Assembly (NCBI RefSeq): GCF_006345805.1 | Contig: NC_043005.1 | Span: 88,598,001-88,662,000, forward strand | Length of the DNA stretch: 64,000 bases | Origin: Octopus sinensis | Taxonomy: Eukaryota | Direction of reading: 5' to 3' | Shown: positions 50,099-64,000 of the stretch, piece by piece | How positions within the stretch are numbered: the first letter of the stretch is position 1 | How the letters are laid out: each line of letters starts with the position of its first letter | Made by a program: the position numbers and the translations under genes | The notes under the pieces: model-generated | What the model was told of the DNA's origin: nothing | Seen by the model: only the letters and a program-made list of their open reading frames with translations | Database searches by the model: none

Positions 50099-50960
50099 AA
50101 GGATTTCAAATTTTGGCACAAGGCCAGTAAGTTTGTGAGAGGGGGTAAGTTGATTACATCAACCCCAGTATTTAACTGGTACTTATATTATCAACCCTGA
50201 ATGGATGAAAAGCAAAGTTAACCTGGATAATATTAGAACTTAGAATACACAAAAAAGGACAAACTGGTGCCAGGCATTTTCTTCAATATACCAACAATTC
50301 TGCTTGCTCACCATTCTGATAAGAATATCAGAATATTAGAAGTAAAGGCTTACTTTTACAGCTCAATGTTTGTTTATGACAAATGAAAGACAGAAGCAGT
50401 GTCTAGTTTTGTGACATCTAAAAAGTAACACGGAATAATTTCATTGACAAAAGCCAGATATGGTAATCTAGTGACATTTTACGAAGACAAAAATATTAAA
50501 AAAAGTGGCATATTGGATTGGATTTTCTCACAGGAAGTGAAGTCCTGCTACGTGCGGCCATCACAATTGGAATTAGAAACTTAATCCTTTGATCATATTA
50601 TGTAAGGGAGACGTGATCCAGCTTGCTTTCTGCCTAAGCTAATCTCTTTCATTCTTGCGATAACAGTACAGCTCTAGTTTCAAAATCATATCAAATTCAG
50701 ACATTTCAAAAGAATTTTCATTTTAGCTTCACAATCATCATCATCATTATTGCTTTTTTTTTCTTAAACACAATGTTAGCTGAATAAAACTCCAGCTACA
50801 ACACAAACATAAAAATACACAGAAAAAGTATTTGCCCTAAGCCCTGTGAGATAGATTTTATTCAATTGGGTGACCTTTTGTCAAGAGAAGAAATCACGCA
50901 TCTCTTAGACAGCAAATACACAAGTTACTTCACAAATCCTCAAACAGAGAATATGCCGCC

Positions 50961-51011
<51 letters not shown>

Positions 51012-53779
51012 TCCACTTTTTTATGCTTGCATTGGACAGATGGTATTTATTAAGGCAGATTTTCTACAGATGGATGCCTTTCCTGTTGCCAACTGTCACC
51101 TGCTTCCAAGTGAGGTAATCTTTCCCCAAGGCTGGACATGTTTTCATGGAAAAATGGAAATAAGGGGCTCTGCTTGTACGATGATGGGGATGCTGGTTTA
51201 GGACTATCATGTGATGACAAAACATGTGTCCAGAAAATTCACCAATAGGAGGACAATAATAAAGCCTTTTTAAAAATGAAAAAAAAAACCATGATAAAAG
51301 GTATAATAAAAGCATAAAATATACAAGTCTTTATTTTTGATGAAGTCATTCAAAATGAAAATTTTTTAAGGCAAATTTTCCTGTTACAATTAAAACAATG
51401 AGGCACAGACAGACACATACATGAATACATTCTTTAATTCTTTAGCATTTAAACTGACCATGTCCAAACAAAATAGTCTATCTGCTTTATGTTAAAACTG
51501 ACCAGATCTTGCCTCTCACACCTATCCTGCAATGCCATTCTAAAATTGAAATAATCACATCATCGAAATCTTGAAGCTATGAAATTGTAACAGGGATTTG
51601 AACCCTAACTGCTAGATACACGGTTATGCTCCACAAATGAGCCACCACTTTTCATGTGATTGATCCATAAATCGACCAATGAATGTGAAGCTGTGGCTTG
51701 ACATGGCTTTCTTTAATGTTCCAGAATTTACCTTCTGTCACCTTACAGAAATCCATTTGGTACTTAACTCATTGCTCAGACAGCTGACAGAGTGACACAA
51801 CAGACCACCTCGGCGGAATTTGAACTCGGTGGCATGTGTAAAATATTTGAGCGAGGTCATTGCCAGTACCGCCTGACTGGTCCCGTGCCGGTGGCACGTA
51901 AAAGCACCCACTACACTCTTGGAGTGGTTGGTGTTAGGAAGGGCATCCAGCTGTAGAAACTCTGCCAGATCAAGATTGAAGCCTGGTGCAGCCATCTGGA
52001 TTGCCAGCCCTCAGTCATTCGTCCAACCCATGTTAGCATGGAAAGCGGACGTTAAACGATGATGATGATGGTAAGGACAGACAAGATGCTGCTAAGCATT
52101 TTGCCCAGCACAATAACTATTTTGCCAGCTTGCCGCCTTAAATGTGCAATGAGCAGGAGGAGAGAAAAACAGTTCTGTGAATGGAGAAAGTTTTCTGTGA
52201 AACATCATGGGGTGTGTCTGAGTGCCAGGGTTGATAAAATAAGGACCTGTTGACCCACTTCTGAAATTGCTGGCCTTGTGCAAAAATTTGAAACCAATAT
52301 TATATCTCCTTCATAAGGGTGGCAAGCTGGTGGAACCATTAGCGAATTGGACTGAATGCTTGATAGAAAGTAAAGTGCTGGAAGAAATGCTGAGTCCAAA
52401 TTCTGCCAAGGGGCTGATAAAATAAGTACCAGTCGAGCACTGGGGGTTGATGTAATTGACTCAACCCTCCACTGAAATTGCTGGCCTTGTGCCAAAATTT
52501 GAAACCAATATTATTTATTGTAACTAGCCAACGCAATATACAATTTCTGGCAATAAATATCAAAATCAAATATTTGTGAGATTGCTTCATTCATTATTCA
52601 TGCAGCCAGCATGACATTTCACATGTACACAACAACTGTGATAATAAAGCCATCCTCTTCAACAACGGCAGCTCAGACGTCTGAAGTGTATCACCACTGA
52701 TTAGCTTGACTCGAGCAAGAAGCAACCACGTGACACGGTAATGCATGATTAATTCAAAACAATGTGAATAAGCATGACATTTGACTGAATAATCAGGACG
52801 TTAAAGGGTTGAACGGATATAGGTACATACTTGGTTGGGTGCATCTACAAAAATACATCATCATCATTGTTTAATGTCTGCTTTCCATGCTAGCATGGGT
52901 TGGACGGTTCAACTGGGGTCTGGGAAGCCAAAAGGCTGCACCAGGCCCAGTCTGATCTGGCAGTGTTTCTACAGCTGGATGCCCTTCCTAACGCCAACCA
53001 CTCTGTGAGTGTAGTGGGTGCTTTTTATGTGCCAGATGAGGCTGGCAAAGGGCCACGATCGGATGGTGCTTTTTACGTGCCACTGGCATGGAGACCAGAC
53101 GAAGCTGGAAACGGCCAAAGCTATGTAAAAAATAAAAAAATTAAATAATAAAGACTGCCCCTTGATCAGTTACATCAGTGAGGGTTCCAGCTGGTCCAAT
53201 CAGCAGAACTTGCTTGCTTGTGAAATTAACATGCAAGTGGCTGAGGGCTCCACAGACATGCATACACTTAATGTAGTTCCCAGGGTGATTCAGTGTGACA
53301 AAGAATGTGACAAGGCCGGCCCCCTTTGAATTACTGGTACAACTCATTTTTGCCAGCTGAATGGGCTGGAGTAATATGAAATGGAGTGGCTTGCTCAAGG
53401 GTACAGCTTATCACTTGGAGTCAAACTTGTGATCTTATGATTGCGAGGTGAATGCTCCAACCACTTAGCCATGCTTACTTCACACACAAAAAATAATGAT
53501 GCACACACACACATACACACAAGTAGTGAAGAGACAGGTTCACACACAGACATGAATGCACACAACAGTTCAACTACCATAGACTTACAAACCCAGGGAA
53601 GTGTCTCATCATTTTGTTAGGGGCTGGCTTGAACTCCATTAAGTAGAACTTAGGGAAATCTCAAAGATGTGGGGTGTAAACAGCCCACTTATGAGTATCC
53701 CTCATTCATTGGACAATAAACTTGGCTTGCGACGACCTATTGAGGCAAGTGAAATCAAAATTGCTGATGTGGCCTATGA

Positions 53780-54230
53780 CAGTACTCCCTGATTGGCATT
53801 CATGCCAGTGGAACGTTAAAAGCACATCCGAGCATGATTGTTGCCAGAGCCATGGATTGGCTCCCGTGCCAGTGGCTTGTAAAAAGCACCATTTGAACAT
53901 GATCATTGCCAGCGTCGAACTTACAGGTACATGAAAAATAACATTTGAGTGTGGTCACTGCCAGTGCCGCCGGACTGGCTCCTGTGCAGGTAGCATGTAA
54001 AAAACACCTTTTGAGCGTGGTCGTTGCCAGAACTGCCTGACTGGCCCTCATGCTGGTAGCACGTAAAAGCACCCACTACACTCTCGGACTGGTTGGCATT
54101 TGGAAGGACATCCAGCTATAGAAACTTTGCCAGATCAGATTGAGCCTGTTGCAGCCTTCTGGCTCGCCAATCCTCAGTCAAACAGTCTAACCCATGCCAG
54201 CATGGAAAGCGGACGTTAAACGACATTGAA
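53780..54230 (+). mobile_element. Family C repeat, long copy
   Basis: As at 46771-47530. Confidence 0.6.
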
Positions 54231-57200
54231 TAATAATAATCCTTTTTACTAAAGGCACAAGGCCTATAATTTTTGGGGTGGGGACTAGTTGCTTACATCA
54301 ACTCCAGTGTTCCACAGGTACTTAATTTGTAAACTCTGAAAGGATGAAAGGCAAAGTTGACCTCAGTGGAATTTGAACTTAGAATGTAGCAACAGGCAAA
54401 ATATTGTCAAGCATTTCGTCCAGAGTGCTAACAATTCTGTTTATAATGATAATAATAATAATGCTTTCTACTATAGGCATGAGGCCAGAAATTTTGGGAG
54501 AGGGGACTAGTCGATTACATTGACCCCAGTATTACACTGGTACTTAATTTATTGACCCCGAAAGGATGAAAGGCAAAGTTGACTTCGGTGGAATTTGAAC
54601 TCTGAATAGAGAGACGGACAAAATACCACCAAGCATCTTGTCCAGTATGCAAACAATTCCGTTTATAATAATAATAATAATAATAACAACACTAAACTAA
54701 TTACTGTTAATTTAATTAAAGCAACTACATAACTTCTTTGCCACCAAACAAATTATGGCCTTATGTTGTATTTATTAGAAGTAATTATTATTATTATTAT
54801 TATAATTATTATTATTATTACTATTATTATTGGTAGAATCGTTAGTGCATTGGAGAGAATGCTTAGTGAAATTTCATCCAACACTTTACATTCTGAGTTC
54901 AAATTCCACCAAGGTCGATTTTGCCTTTCATCCTTTTCAGGAGGTTGATAAAATAAGTTGAGCACTGGGGTTGAAATCAACTTAGCCCTTCCCCTCAAAA
55001 GTACTGGCCTTGTGCCAAAATTTGAAAGCATTATATACACACACATATATGAGTGTATGAATGTAAACATGTGTGCGTGTGTGTGTGTGTGTGTGTACAC
55101 ACATGTGGACCTCAATCAATTGCCCCTTTATTAGCTTTCCCCCTACATTGTATCATTCATTGCAGCTACCTCCACCACAATCCTGATACAACTTTTCGCT
55201 CTTGCTAACCAGAACCATTTCACTTTATTCTTTTATATGTTTCATCCTTGAGGCTGCCAGTATAAAAAGTACGCCATACCCTTGGTTAACCATTAATATT
55301 GTTCTCCACACCCATGTTTCAGTGGCCATCCATCCCCTCCCTGGACCATCAAATTATCTCCCCTCATGTACTACACCTGTTTAACTCTCTACTCCACTCC
55401 AACAGCCTAACCAAACATTTCTCTTCTCCACTGCTCCTCCTCCCCACTGTCAATGGTATCACCATTACTACTCTACTGCTGGCATCCCTGTAGTCTCCCA
55501 AACCCATGCATATCCCTTCTCCTGAACCCTTCCAAAATCCTTATAGATGTTGCCTATCTCCCCCTCCTGCCAACTTCTCCTATCCACTACTGCTCCTACT
55601 CTCTGAGCTTCCACCTGGGATCCTCATCGCCTCTGTCTATCTCCTTGGGGACAGTATCAATTCACTCCCATTCTCTCAAATATGAGAGGCCATGTAACCC
55701 CTCTGCAAGAACCTGCTGTGCACCAACCCCTTCCCATTTAACATACGAATGCAGTATCTTCTCTCCCTCCCTAGGTCTGTTGACTTAAGAGCTACATGGT
55801 GACCTCACTAGTGCAGGTGGCACAAAAAAATCCCCCAGTACCCACTGTGAAGTGGTCGGCATCGGGAAGGACATCCAGATGTGGAAACCATGCCAAAACA
55901 GACAGCAGGACATGATACGGTCCTTCAACTTCATCACATTCTTGTTAAACTGTCCAACCCATGGTGGTGAGCTGGCAGAAACGTTAGCACACCAGGCGAA
56001 ATGCTTAGTAGTATTTTGTCTACCACTACGTGCTGAGTTCAAATTCCACCGAGGTCGACTTTGCCTTTCATCCTTTCAGGGTTGATTAAATAAGTACCAG
56101 TTACGCACTGGGGTTGATGTAATTGACTTAATCTGTTTGTCTGTCCTTGTTTGTCCCCTCTGTGTGTAGCCCCTTGTGGATAGTAAAGAAATAAGAAACA
56201 GTCCAACTCATGCCAGGCTGGAACAGGAATGTTAAACGATGATGATGATGGTGGTGATGATGATAATGATGATGACAATGATGGTAATGATGAAATCTTA
56301 GTAAATATAATCATTTATAAGCAATTATTTCTAGGTGTCGTATTTGTACAGTGGAATTTTTTCTTTCTACATGTGTAACATGTGTTGCAGTTAGTAATGT
56401 TTGTACATGTAAAGTAACTTTGTATAACCGTGTGTGCATATCTATATTGTATGTACATAACTGTTTATACATCACTGTTATATGATGGGATATTAATCAA
56501 TACGGCAAACATAACGACCATCACGGCAGCTCTCAGTGCATTATCTCTAACAAAATAAATCAATAAATATATTTTAAACTATTTCTTTATCACTGTCAAC
56601 ATATTTAATCTATGATCGAGATCAATATATTATTCGGACGACCGAATGGACATGGCTAATGACACATGCTTTGACATCTATTATAGTCTTTTACTGGTTT
56701 CAATAACTTGATTGCGTCCATACTGGAGCACTGCCTGTAAGGATTTTAGCTGATTATGTCAAGCCTGGTTATTAATATTTTTATTCATTTTTTTCTTTTG
56801 TTTTGCATGGTACTTGGTGACCCTGTCAGTGCAGGTGCCACTTAAAAGCACCCAGTCCACACTGTAAAATGGTTGGTGTTAGAAAGGGCATCCAGCTGTA
56901 AAAATGCTGCCAAAACAGTCACAGAAGTCTGGTGCAGGCTTTCTGCCTCACCGGCTCATCAAATTGTCCCAACTATAGCAGCATGGAAGGCGGATGTTGA
57001 ACAATGATGATGATGTTTGCCACTAGAGCAGTAATTCTCAACCGTTTTTTTTCCTTTCTACCTTTGGACCCCTTTAATCCCTACTTTACTGGACCCTAAC
57101 AGCCAGTCAATGCTTCAAAAATCCCATTATATTCTTATAATTATTTTTAGGAATTGTATTAAAAAAAAAATTGTTAATATATTTTTTGTATTACAGAAGC

Positions 57201-57363
57201 ATAAGTAATTTATTGCACATAAATTGCAACAAACAAAATCTTACGAAGACCCCAGTTCAGAACCACTACCCTAGAAGATGGCAGAGCGCTCATGGCCCTT
57301 CTAAACCCTCTGATACTGGTGACAGTAGTAGTAGTAGTAGTAGTGATAATGATGATGATGACG

Positions 57364-57397
<34 letters not shown>

Positions 57398-58429
57398 GAA
57401 GAAGAAGAAGAAGAAAGTGTTTGCTGTAGAGATTCTGCTGCGTTGGCACAAAGAACTAAGAAAGTTGAAGAATCAGAGAAAAGGATAAACTCGAAGACAA
57501 GAAGGGGGGGAGGAGAAAGAACAAAAAGCTAAAACAAAGAGAAAAATGTGAAGAAATCTGAACCAGCAAGAAGTGTGGCAGATATGCCATAAATCTGGGT
57601 GTCTCATAATAACAGAAGGAATGTCAATCATCTATGACTAATGATTTATAGATAGCATTTTCAGAAGAGTGACGTTTCATTTGAATAATCTCTTGCCGTA
57701 ACATCTGTTCAACAAAATCCAATTCTATCAGAATGTTTTATGAGTAGGCACAAGTGTGGCTGTGTGGTAAGAATTTTGGTTCCTAACCACATGGTTCTGG
57801 GTTCAGTTTCACTGTATGGTATCTTGGGCAAGTGTCTCTACAATAGCATCAGGCCAGCCAAAGACTTATGAGTGGATTTGGTAAATGGAAACTGAAAGAA
57901 GCCTGTTGTATATGTGCCTGTGTCTGTTTGTCCTTCACCAACGCTTGACAATTGGCATTGGTGTGTTTGAGTCCCCAGTACAATTTGTAAAGTTGTTGGC
58001 AGTAAAAAGGGCATCTAGCCATAGGAACTATGCCAAAACAGCTCCTGCCAGCATGGAAAACAAGCATTAAAAAACAATGAAGATGGTGATGATATATATG
58101 AAAGGCTTCTTTCAGTTTCCGACTACCAAATGCACTCTGGTGGTTGAGAAGCGAGCTTCCTACTCCACAACCACTTTGTATTTTCCTATCAATTATTTGA
58201 TTAGTTCCTTTCATAAGAATCTCCTATTTCTACCTGGTACCACCCCAGGGAGATGTAACCGATTGCTATTTGAACCAGAAAGTTAGCATATTTGTATTTC
58301 CTTACGTTCAATAGATGATGGCCTCTCAATCTTCTTCAACAACAACATCAAACCACTCCTCTCCTCGTTAAGCCTGTAATGAGATGGAATTCAATTTTTT
58401 TTTCAAGTGTCATAAATATCAGAAACTAT

Positions 58430-58680
58430 TCAAAGCTAATTAAGATCATGTAAACTTCAGATAAACCAGGTCAATTTTGCTTTCTTGTATAGTTGATTCA
58501 ATTAAGACCATTTAAGCTTCAGGTAAACCAGGTGAGTATAGTTGATCTAATTAAGACCATTTAAACCGGAGGTAAACTAGGAAAGTTTTGCTCTCAGAAA
58601 AATATAGTTGATCTAATTAAGACCATTTAAAGCACACATGAACTAGGCGAGCAGTGTTCTTGTGAAATAGTTGATAACAT
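58430..58680. repeat. Degenerate 50-66-bp minisatellite (core TATAGTTGATCTAATTAAGACCATTTAA)
   Basis: Three clear and two partial cores. Confidence 0.75.
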
Positions 58681-58765
58681 GAATTATCACCCGTATGGAC
58701 TATTTCAAAACCATGTGATAAAGTCATCATCATCATCATCGTTTAACGTCCGTTTTCCGTGCTGA

Positions 58766-58858
58766 TTTAGTCTAAAGACTAAATCATGGGATAAAGTCTA
58801 AAGACTAAACTATGTGATAAAGTCTAAAGACTAAACTATGTGATAAAGTCTAAAGACA
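58766..58858. repeat. 26-bp minisatellite (GTCTAAAGACTAAACTATGTGATAAA), ~3.5 copies
   Basis: Direct reading. Confidence 0.85.
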
Positions 58859-59148
58859 TATCTTTTCACTTACTATTATGAGTGCAGTAAGAGTTTTCTG
58901 TACCCAGAGACAAAAATATTTCTTGGGCTTCCTCTAACTTAATTAGCAGACATGATACATGAGAGGCATATTTTGTTCCCTGTTACACCTGAAGTGGGGG
59001 TTGATGGTCCTTTTTGTCTTTGCTTGCCAGACTTGTAGCCTGAGTTTTGTTATTATTTAGTGAAAAATCCTCATCCTAATTGTCCTTCTTTGCAGTCATC
59101 ACATTCAACACCAGATGTCCTTCATGGCTTTCGGAAATTTAGGTTTAA

Positions 59149-59339
59149 CCCTTTAGCACTCAAATTTCTGTGTCAAATGTAATGTTTATTTAATCACATT
59201 GTTTTGAATTAAAAATGCATAAATTTGTAGCTTCAAGATTTCAATGATGTAATTCGTTTTTTTTTAGAATGAGATTGTAGGGTAGATGTGAGAGGCCAGG
59301 ATATTTGGGCAGGATTTGGTCAGTTTAAATGTTAAAGAG
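59149..59339. mobile_element. piggyBac-like MITE
   Basis: TTAA|CCCTTTAGCA...TGTTAAAGAG|TTAA; homologous to 229-628. Confidence 0.6.
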
Positions 59340-60920
59340 TTAATAAAGTTTGGACAAATAAAGTTTGGACGGGGCCAGTCAGGCGGCACTGGCAACGACT
59401 TCACTTGAATCTTTTACACATGCCACCAGTGTGGGTGCCAGTAAGGCGATGCTGGTAACGATCACGCTCGAATGGTGTTTTTTATATGCCACCGGCACGG
59501 AGGCCAGATAGCCGCTCTGGCAACGATGGAGTCAGGAAACATATTGCATCCCAGATTAGGGTTTACCTCCCTCATATAAGAAGAGGATTATTCTGTCGGG
59601 CACTTACCATCCCCAGTCAAGACCTACTGGCTCCATTTGTGACAGGAGGCTAGCCATGTCAAGGCCTCCTTCTAATCATGTCAATATGTTCTGTGGTTTT
59701 ATTTTCTTTCTGTTGATAGGAATCACAGAATGACGACTGTCAAACTAACAATGACCGGGCGATGAGTTTACTCCCTCATTTTGACTGATTCAACTACATT
59801 TGTTGTTATTGTTATTGCTGTTCCTTTCACTGTTCCAATGCTGCTCTTACAACCATTAGGATACAAAGGTGGCTTAGCGGAATTGCTAGAAAGTCAGACA
59901 AAATACCTTGTGGTATTTAGTTATGTCCCTTTTCTTTTTGAGTTCAAATACTTGCAAGGTCAACTTACCCTTTCATCCTTCTGGGGTTAAAATCTAAAAT
60001 ACCAGTCAACCACTGTCAACAATCAATTGTTCCATTCCCATTAAATTTATAGTCTTATTCATCATCATTTAACGTCCATTGTCCAAGCTGGCATGGGTTG
60101 GATGGTTTGACCAGGGCTGGCAAACTGGAAGGCTGCACCAGACTCCAGTCTGATTTGGCGTGGTTTTCTACAGCTGGATTCCCTCCATAATGCCAACCAC
60201 TCCGAGAGTGTAATGGGTGCTTTTACGTGCCACTGGCACGGGTGCTATTTGTTTGACACCAGTATGTTCCATGACTGTGGTTTTGTTCAGCTTGGCGAGT
60301 CTTGGACAGTTCCACTGGAGTCTGGGAAGCCAGGATGCTGCACCGGGCTCCAATCTGATCTGGCAAGGTTTCTACAGCTGGATGCCCTTCCTAACGCCAA
60401 CCACTCTGAGAGTGTAGTGGGTGCTTTTTAAGTGTCACTGGCACGGGTGCTATTTGTGTGACACCAGTATCTTCGATGACTGGTTTCGTTCAGCTTGACG
60501 AGTCTTCTTCTCAAGCACGACATAATGCCAAAGGTCTCGGCCATTGCCTCTGTGAGGCCTGACAATCATTATGGTGTCTGTTGTTATGGTTACCACCAAG
60601 TTGCAGACATCGTCAACAATGGCATTGTTACTCCTTGTACAGCTGTTTCTCGTTTTTTTTATATAGTCATTAGAGTAGCAGAGTTTGTTATTTGCTGTTG
60701 TTGTTGTCATTGTTACAGTTAATCTGTTGCAGCTGTTAATGTGGCAGCTGGTTTTTTTCCTTTTTAACCTGTCCCAATTGAAAGGCAGCAGCAACTACTG
60801 AAAACCACACTTTAAGGTATTAAAAATGGAAGGACACATTATATAATGTACTCCTAGATACACTGTACCTATATAAAAGACAGGAAGTCACAGATGAAAT
60901 GTCTTTGATAACAGATACAC

Positions 60921-61060
60921 TTCTATATTTAAGAGATGAGGAATTATGTACATTATTTACATTTGATGGATATTTGACCTCATCTTGTTTGTTGTTATAT
61001 ACCCTCCAGCCTTTATCAGATGTGTTGGGGAAATTTCAAACCTAGGTTCTCATTCCTAAA
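60921..61060 (-). mobile_element. Family H 3' half with a deletion through the hammerhead
   Basis: Homology to 21310-21441; GAAACGT segment deleted. Confidence 0.65.
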
Positions 61061-61094
61061 GTATTTTTCGATGTTGTTGTTATTATTATTATTA

Positions 61095-61390
61095 TTATCA
61101 TTATTATTATTTCAGAAACATGTTTTCATGCTAAGAGTTGCTGAAGCATGGAACAAACTGCCAGCATCAGTTTTTAGTTGTCGGAGCACTGCATCCTTCA
61201 AAACTTCCATGCTTCCTGAGATTCGCCAACACTACACCTGATTTTCTCCCCTTCATACACACACAAGCATGTATCTGACTCATACATTGTTCGCTTTCCA
61301 GACATTTGTACATTACTGCATATGCTTTATACGCACTTTTGACAAGTTGGTGCACCTGAGCACCGTATACAATAATTTCATTATTATTTT
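61095..61390 (+). mobile_element. CR1-type LINE 3' fragment
   Basis: KHVFMLRVAEAWNKLPASVFSCRSTASFKTSMLPEIRQHYT* followed by the 3' UTR. Confidence 0.85.
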
Positions 61391-61935
61391 ATTATCATCA
61401 TTATCATTTAACATCTGTTTTCACTGTTGGCATGAGTTTGATGGTTCCACTGAAGCTTAAGCTGGAGAGCTGTACCAGGCTGCAATTGGTTCTATGACTC
61501 AATGCCATTACTAACATTAACCGCTTTACTGAGTGTACAAGATGCGTTTTATGTGACACCAGCAAAAGGTACCCTTTACATGGTACTAGCATGATTGCTT
61601 TTTATACAGCCCCTGTATTTAATAAAATAACTTCACCATTATTAACCAAGCTTGAAAAAATTACCATGGAATTCTGAAGGAAGATTTTAATTTCGATTCC
61701 TTAAAAACAAAAGCTTGTATCACAGAACCTGTTGCAATGTTAATTCTAGGTTAGTCCTGCTAAAGATAAACTTGTCTCCCTTAACCCTTTTGATATCATA
61801 TTTCTATTAACAATGCTTTTGTTTCAATTAAGTTTTAAAATAAAGGACTTGGTGAAACAATCTTGATGAAATTTTATAATGATGACAATGGTAATCATGA
61901 TGTGAATGATGATGATAATGATGATGAAATGTGTG

Positions 61936-61972
<37 letters not shown>

Positions 61973-61974
<2 letters not shown>

Positions 61975-62460
61975 GGTGGCAAGCTGGCAGAACCATTAGC
62001 ATGCCAGGTAAAATGCTTAGCGGTCTTTCGTCTGTCTTTACATTCTGAGTTCAAATTCTGCCGAGGTTGACTTTGCCTTTCATTTTTTTCCGGGGTCGAT
62101 AAATTAAGTACCAGTTATGCACTGGGGTCGACATAATCAACTATCTCCGCCCACCCAAATTTCAGGCCTTGTGTCAATAGTAGAAAGGATTGTTATCATT
62201 ACTATTATCATTATTATTATTGTTGTTGTTATTATTATTATTATTAAGGTGGCAAGCTGGCAGAACCGTTAGCACGATGGGTGAAATGCTTAGTGGTGTT
62301 TTGTTTGTCATTACGTTCTGAGTTCAAATTCCGCCGAGGTTGACTTTGCTTTTTATCCTTTCAGGGTTGATAAATTAAGTACCAGTTGCGTACTAGGGTC
62401 GATCTAATTGACTGGCCCCTCCCACAAAATTTCGGGCCTTGTGCCAAGAGTAGAAAAGTA
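61973..62460 (+). mobile_element. Two SINE family A monomers
   Basis: Heads at about 61973 and 62247. Confidence 0.8.
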
Positions 62461-62692
62461 TATATATACATATATAAATTATGAGTTAGAGGTTATACAA
62501 CTGTCTAAGAGATAAACGTATCCGTAGGTACTACTGGTGTATTCCCTCAATATGTATAGGCCTTGCTATAATGTTAACAGCAGATGGTAATTTAAATGGT
62601 AAACTGTGGTTTAGTATATTTAGATAAGAAGAGAAGGACCAGATTGTTAGCCACTACACACATTTTTTTCTCTCCTTGTTTTTTCTGTGTCC

Positions 62693-62728
62693 CTTTCTGT
62701 AGAAGAGCATAGGCTCGAAACGTAAAAG
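62693..62728 (+). ncRNA. Penelope-type minimal hammerhead motif with a core substitution (A6>U), probably inactive
   Basis: CTTT-CTGTAGA-A-GAGC-atag-GCTC-GAA-ACGT-A-AAAG. Confidence 0.5.
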
Positions 62729-62999
62729 ACTTTTTCTTTTCCCGAGCGTTATACTAATACATCTGTTTGTTATGTACACCACCTGTCTTTGTCTTTAGTT
62801 TTTTTTCGTAAACTCTCCCTATGTATATTTATATATATGGTCCTTGTTTAAGGGAAACTGTTCAAGTGATTTTAGTAGCAAATAAAATAAAAATAAAATA
62901 AAGTTAAAAACTAATGGCATAATCAGAAACATTATGTTAATTTGGTGCCACTTAATTCTGATAGTAATTTTGGAAACCTCAGGAAACCCATAAATATTG

Positions 63000-63511
63000 C
63001 AGTGGCAACGTCAGGGTGGCATGGTAAGAGGGGTGGTTGATGAATAATTCAGGATATTGATGTCATGATATTGGTTGAATGAATAGATTATGTGTGTGTG
63101 TGTGTGTGTATACATACACACCCACACAAAATATCTACATAGATGTGTTTGTTTCTGTCGATGTATAAATACATAGACATACAAACACACACACATATAT
63201 ATACATACACACACATTACACATTTATATGTGCGTGTGTATATATGTATAGAATTATCTGCAGATTTGTAGGTTATATGTATGTATGTATGCATGTATGT
63301 ATGTATATATCTATGTATGCATGTATATGTAGACATATGTAAAACATGCACACACATTTAGTCAAACACACCATACACATATAAGAGAGGTCGTAGAGTT
63401 GCATACAATCATTACACCCTTAAAACTGTGCATACACGTCTTCTGTTTTAGTGTTTAGAAGTCTCTCTTTATATGTGTACACATGTTCACTGTGTGTGTG
63501 TCTGGGTATGT

Positions 63512-63550
<39 letters not shown>

Positions 63551-63930
63551 TGTGTACATGTGAGCATGTTGCAAGCATGTGTGTGTTGTGTGCACATGTG
63601 CATCTGTGTGAGTATGTGTGTCTAATCTGCTGTGTGCATATGTGTGTGTGTCTGTTGCATGAGTGTGTGTGTGTGTGTGTATGTCTGTTGTATGTGTGTG
63701 TGTGTTGTGTATCTGTCTGCTGTGTGCGTATGTGTATGTCTGTTGCATGTGTGTGTGTATGTGTTAATGTGTAGCTGTGTGAATACGTGTGTCTGCTGAG
63801 TGCATATGTGTGTGTGTGTGTATGCATTGCGTCTGTGTGTGTGTGCATGTCTGTGTGAGTACGTGTGTGTGTATATCTGTTGCATGTGTGTATTTGTTGC
63901 GTCTGAATGTGTGTCTGTCTGCTGTATGTG
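63000..63930. repeat. (TG)n/(TA)n-rich low-complexity region
   Basis: Direct reading. Confidence 0.9.
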
Positions 63931-64000
63931 TGAAGTTCTCTTTTATTTTACATCTTTCTTTCTTCTCTTCTCTCTCTCCCTCTCTCTTTAACGAGGGGTT

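Noticed and set aside
58430-58680. CRISPR-like repeat-spacer appearance
   Set aside because: Eukaryotic context, linkers related to each other and of uneven length, no cas genes; it is a degenerate minisatellite
59600-59690. HDV-like ribozyme on the minus strand (GGAGGC/GCCTCC stem with TGACA/TGTCA pseudoknot)
   Set aside because: No room for P3/L3 and no P4-J4/2 in the required order

Overview
AT-rich, repeat-dense animal genomic DNA. The SINE families and microsatellite load suggest an octopus/coleoid cephalopod (inference from recall, not checked). Two protein-coding genes are supported, both on the minus strand: coding exon 1 of a SNX3/SNX12-type sorting nexin (7845-7997; its other exons were not found and probably lie left of the window), and a complete three-coding-exon PMP22/EMP/claudin-family tetraspan gene (44379-44607, 36349-36495, 29354-29610; 210 aa). 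The rest is mainly tRNA-derived SINEs, CR1/RTE/RLE-type LINE fragments, MITEs, Helitron-like elements and microsatellites. The main finding is a set of hammerhead-ribozyme (HHR) retroelements. (1) A 2.25-copy tandem array of a 489-bp hairpin-rich monomer (34507-35604). Each full unit carries a complete type I HHR with a cloverleaf-like insertion in stem II, which makes it a candidate non-LTR retrozyme / circular-RNA-producing satellite. It sits in a (TA)n tract inside a SINE, in intron 2 of the claudin-like gene. (2) A dispersed tRNA-headed SINE whose 3' part carries a Penelope-type minimal HHR (core intact at 43370-43415), twice in inverted pairs. (3) A third, unrelated Penelope-type HHR motif at 62693-62728. 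All folds were derived by eye; no activity has been shown. SINE and LINE-fragment boundaries are approximate.
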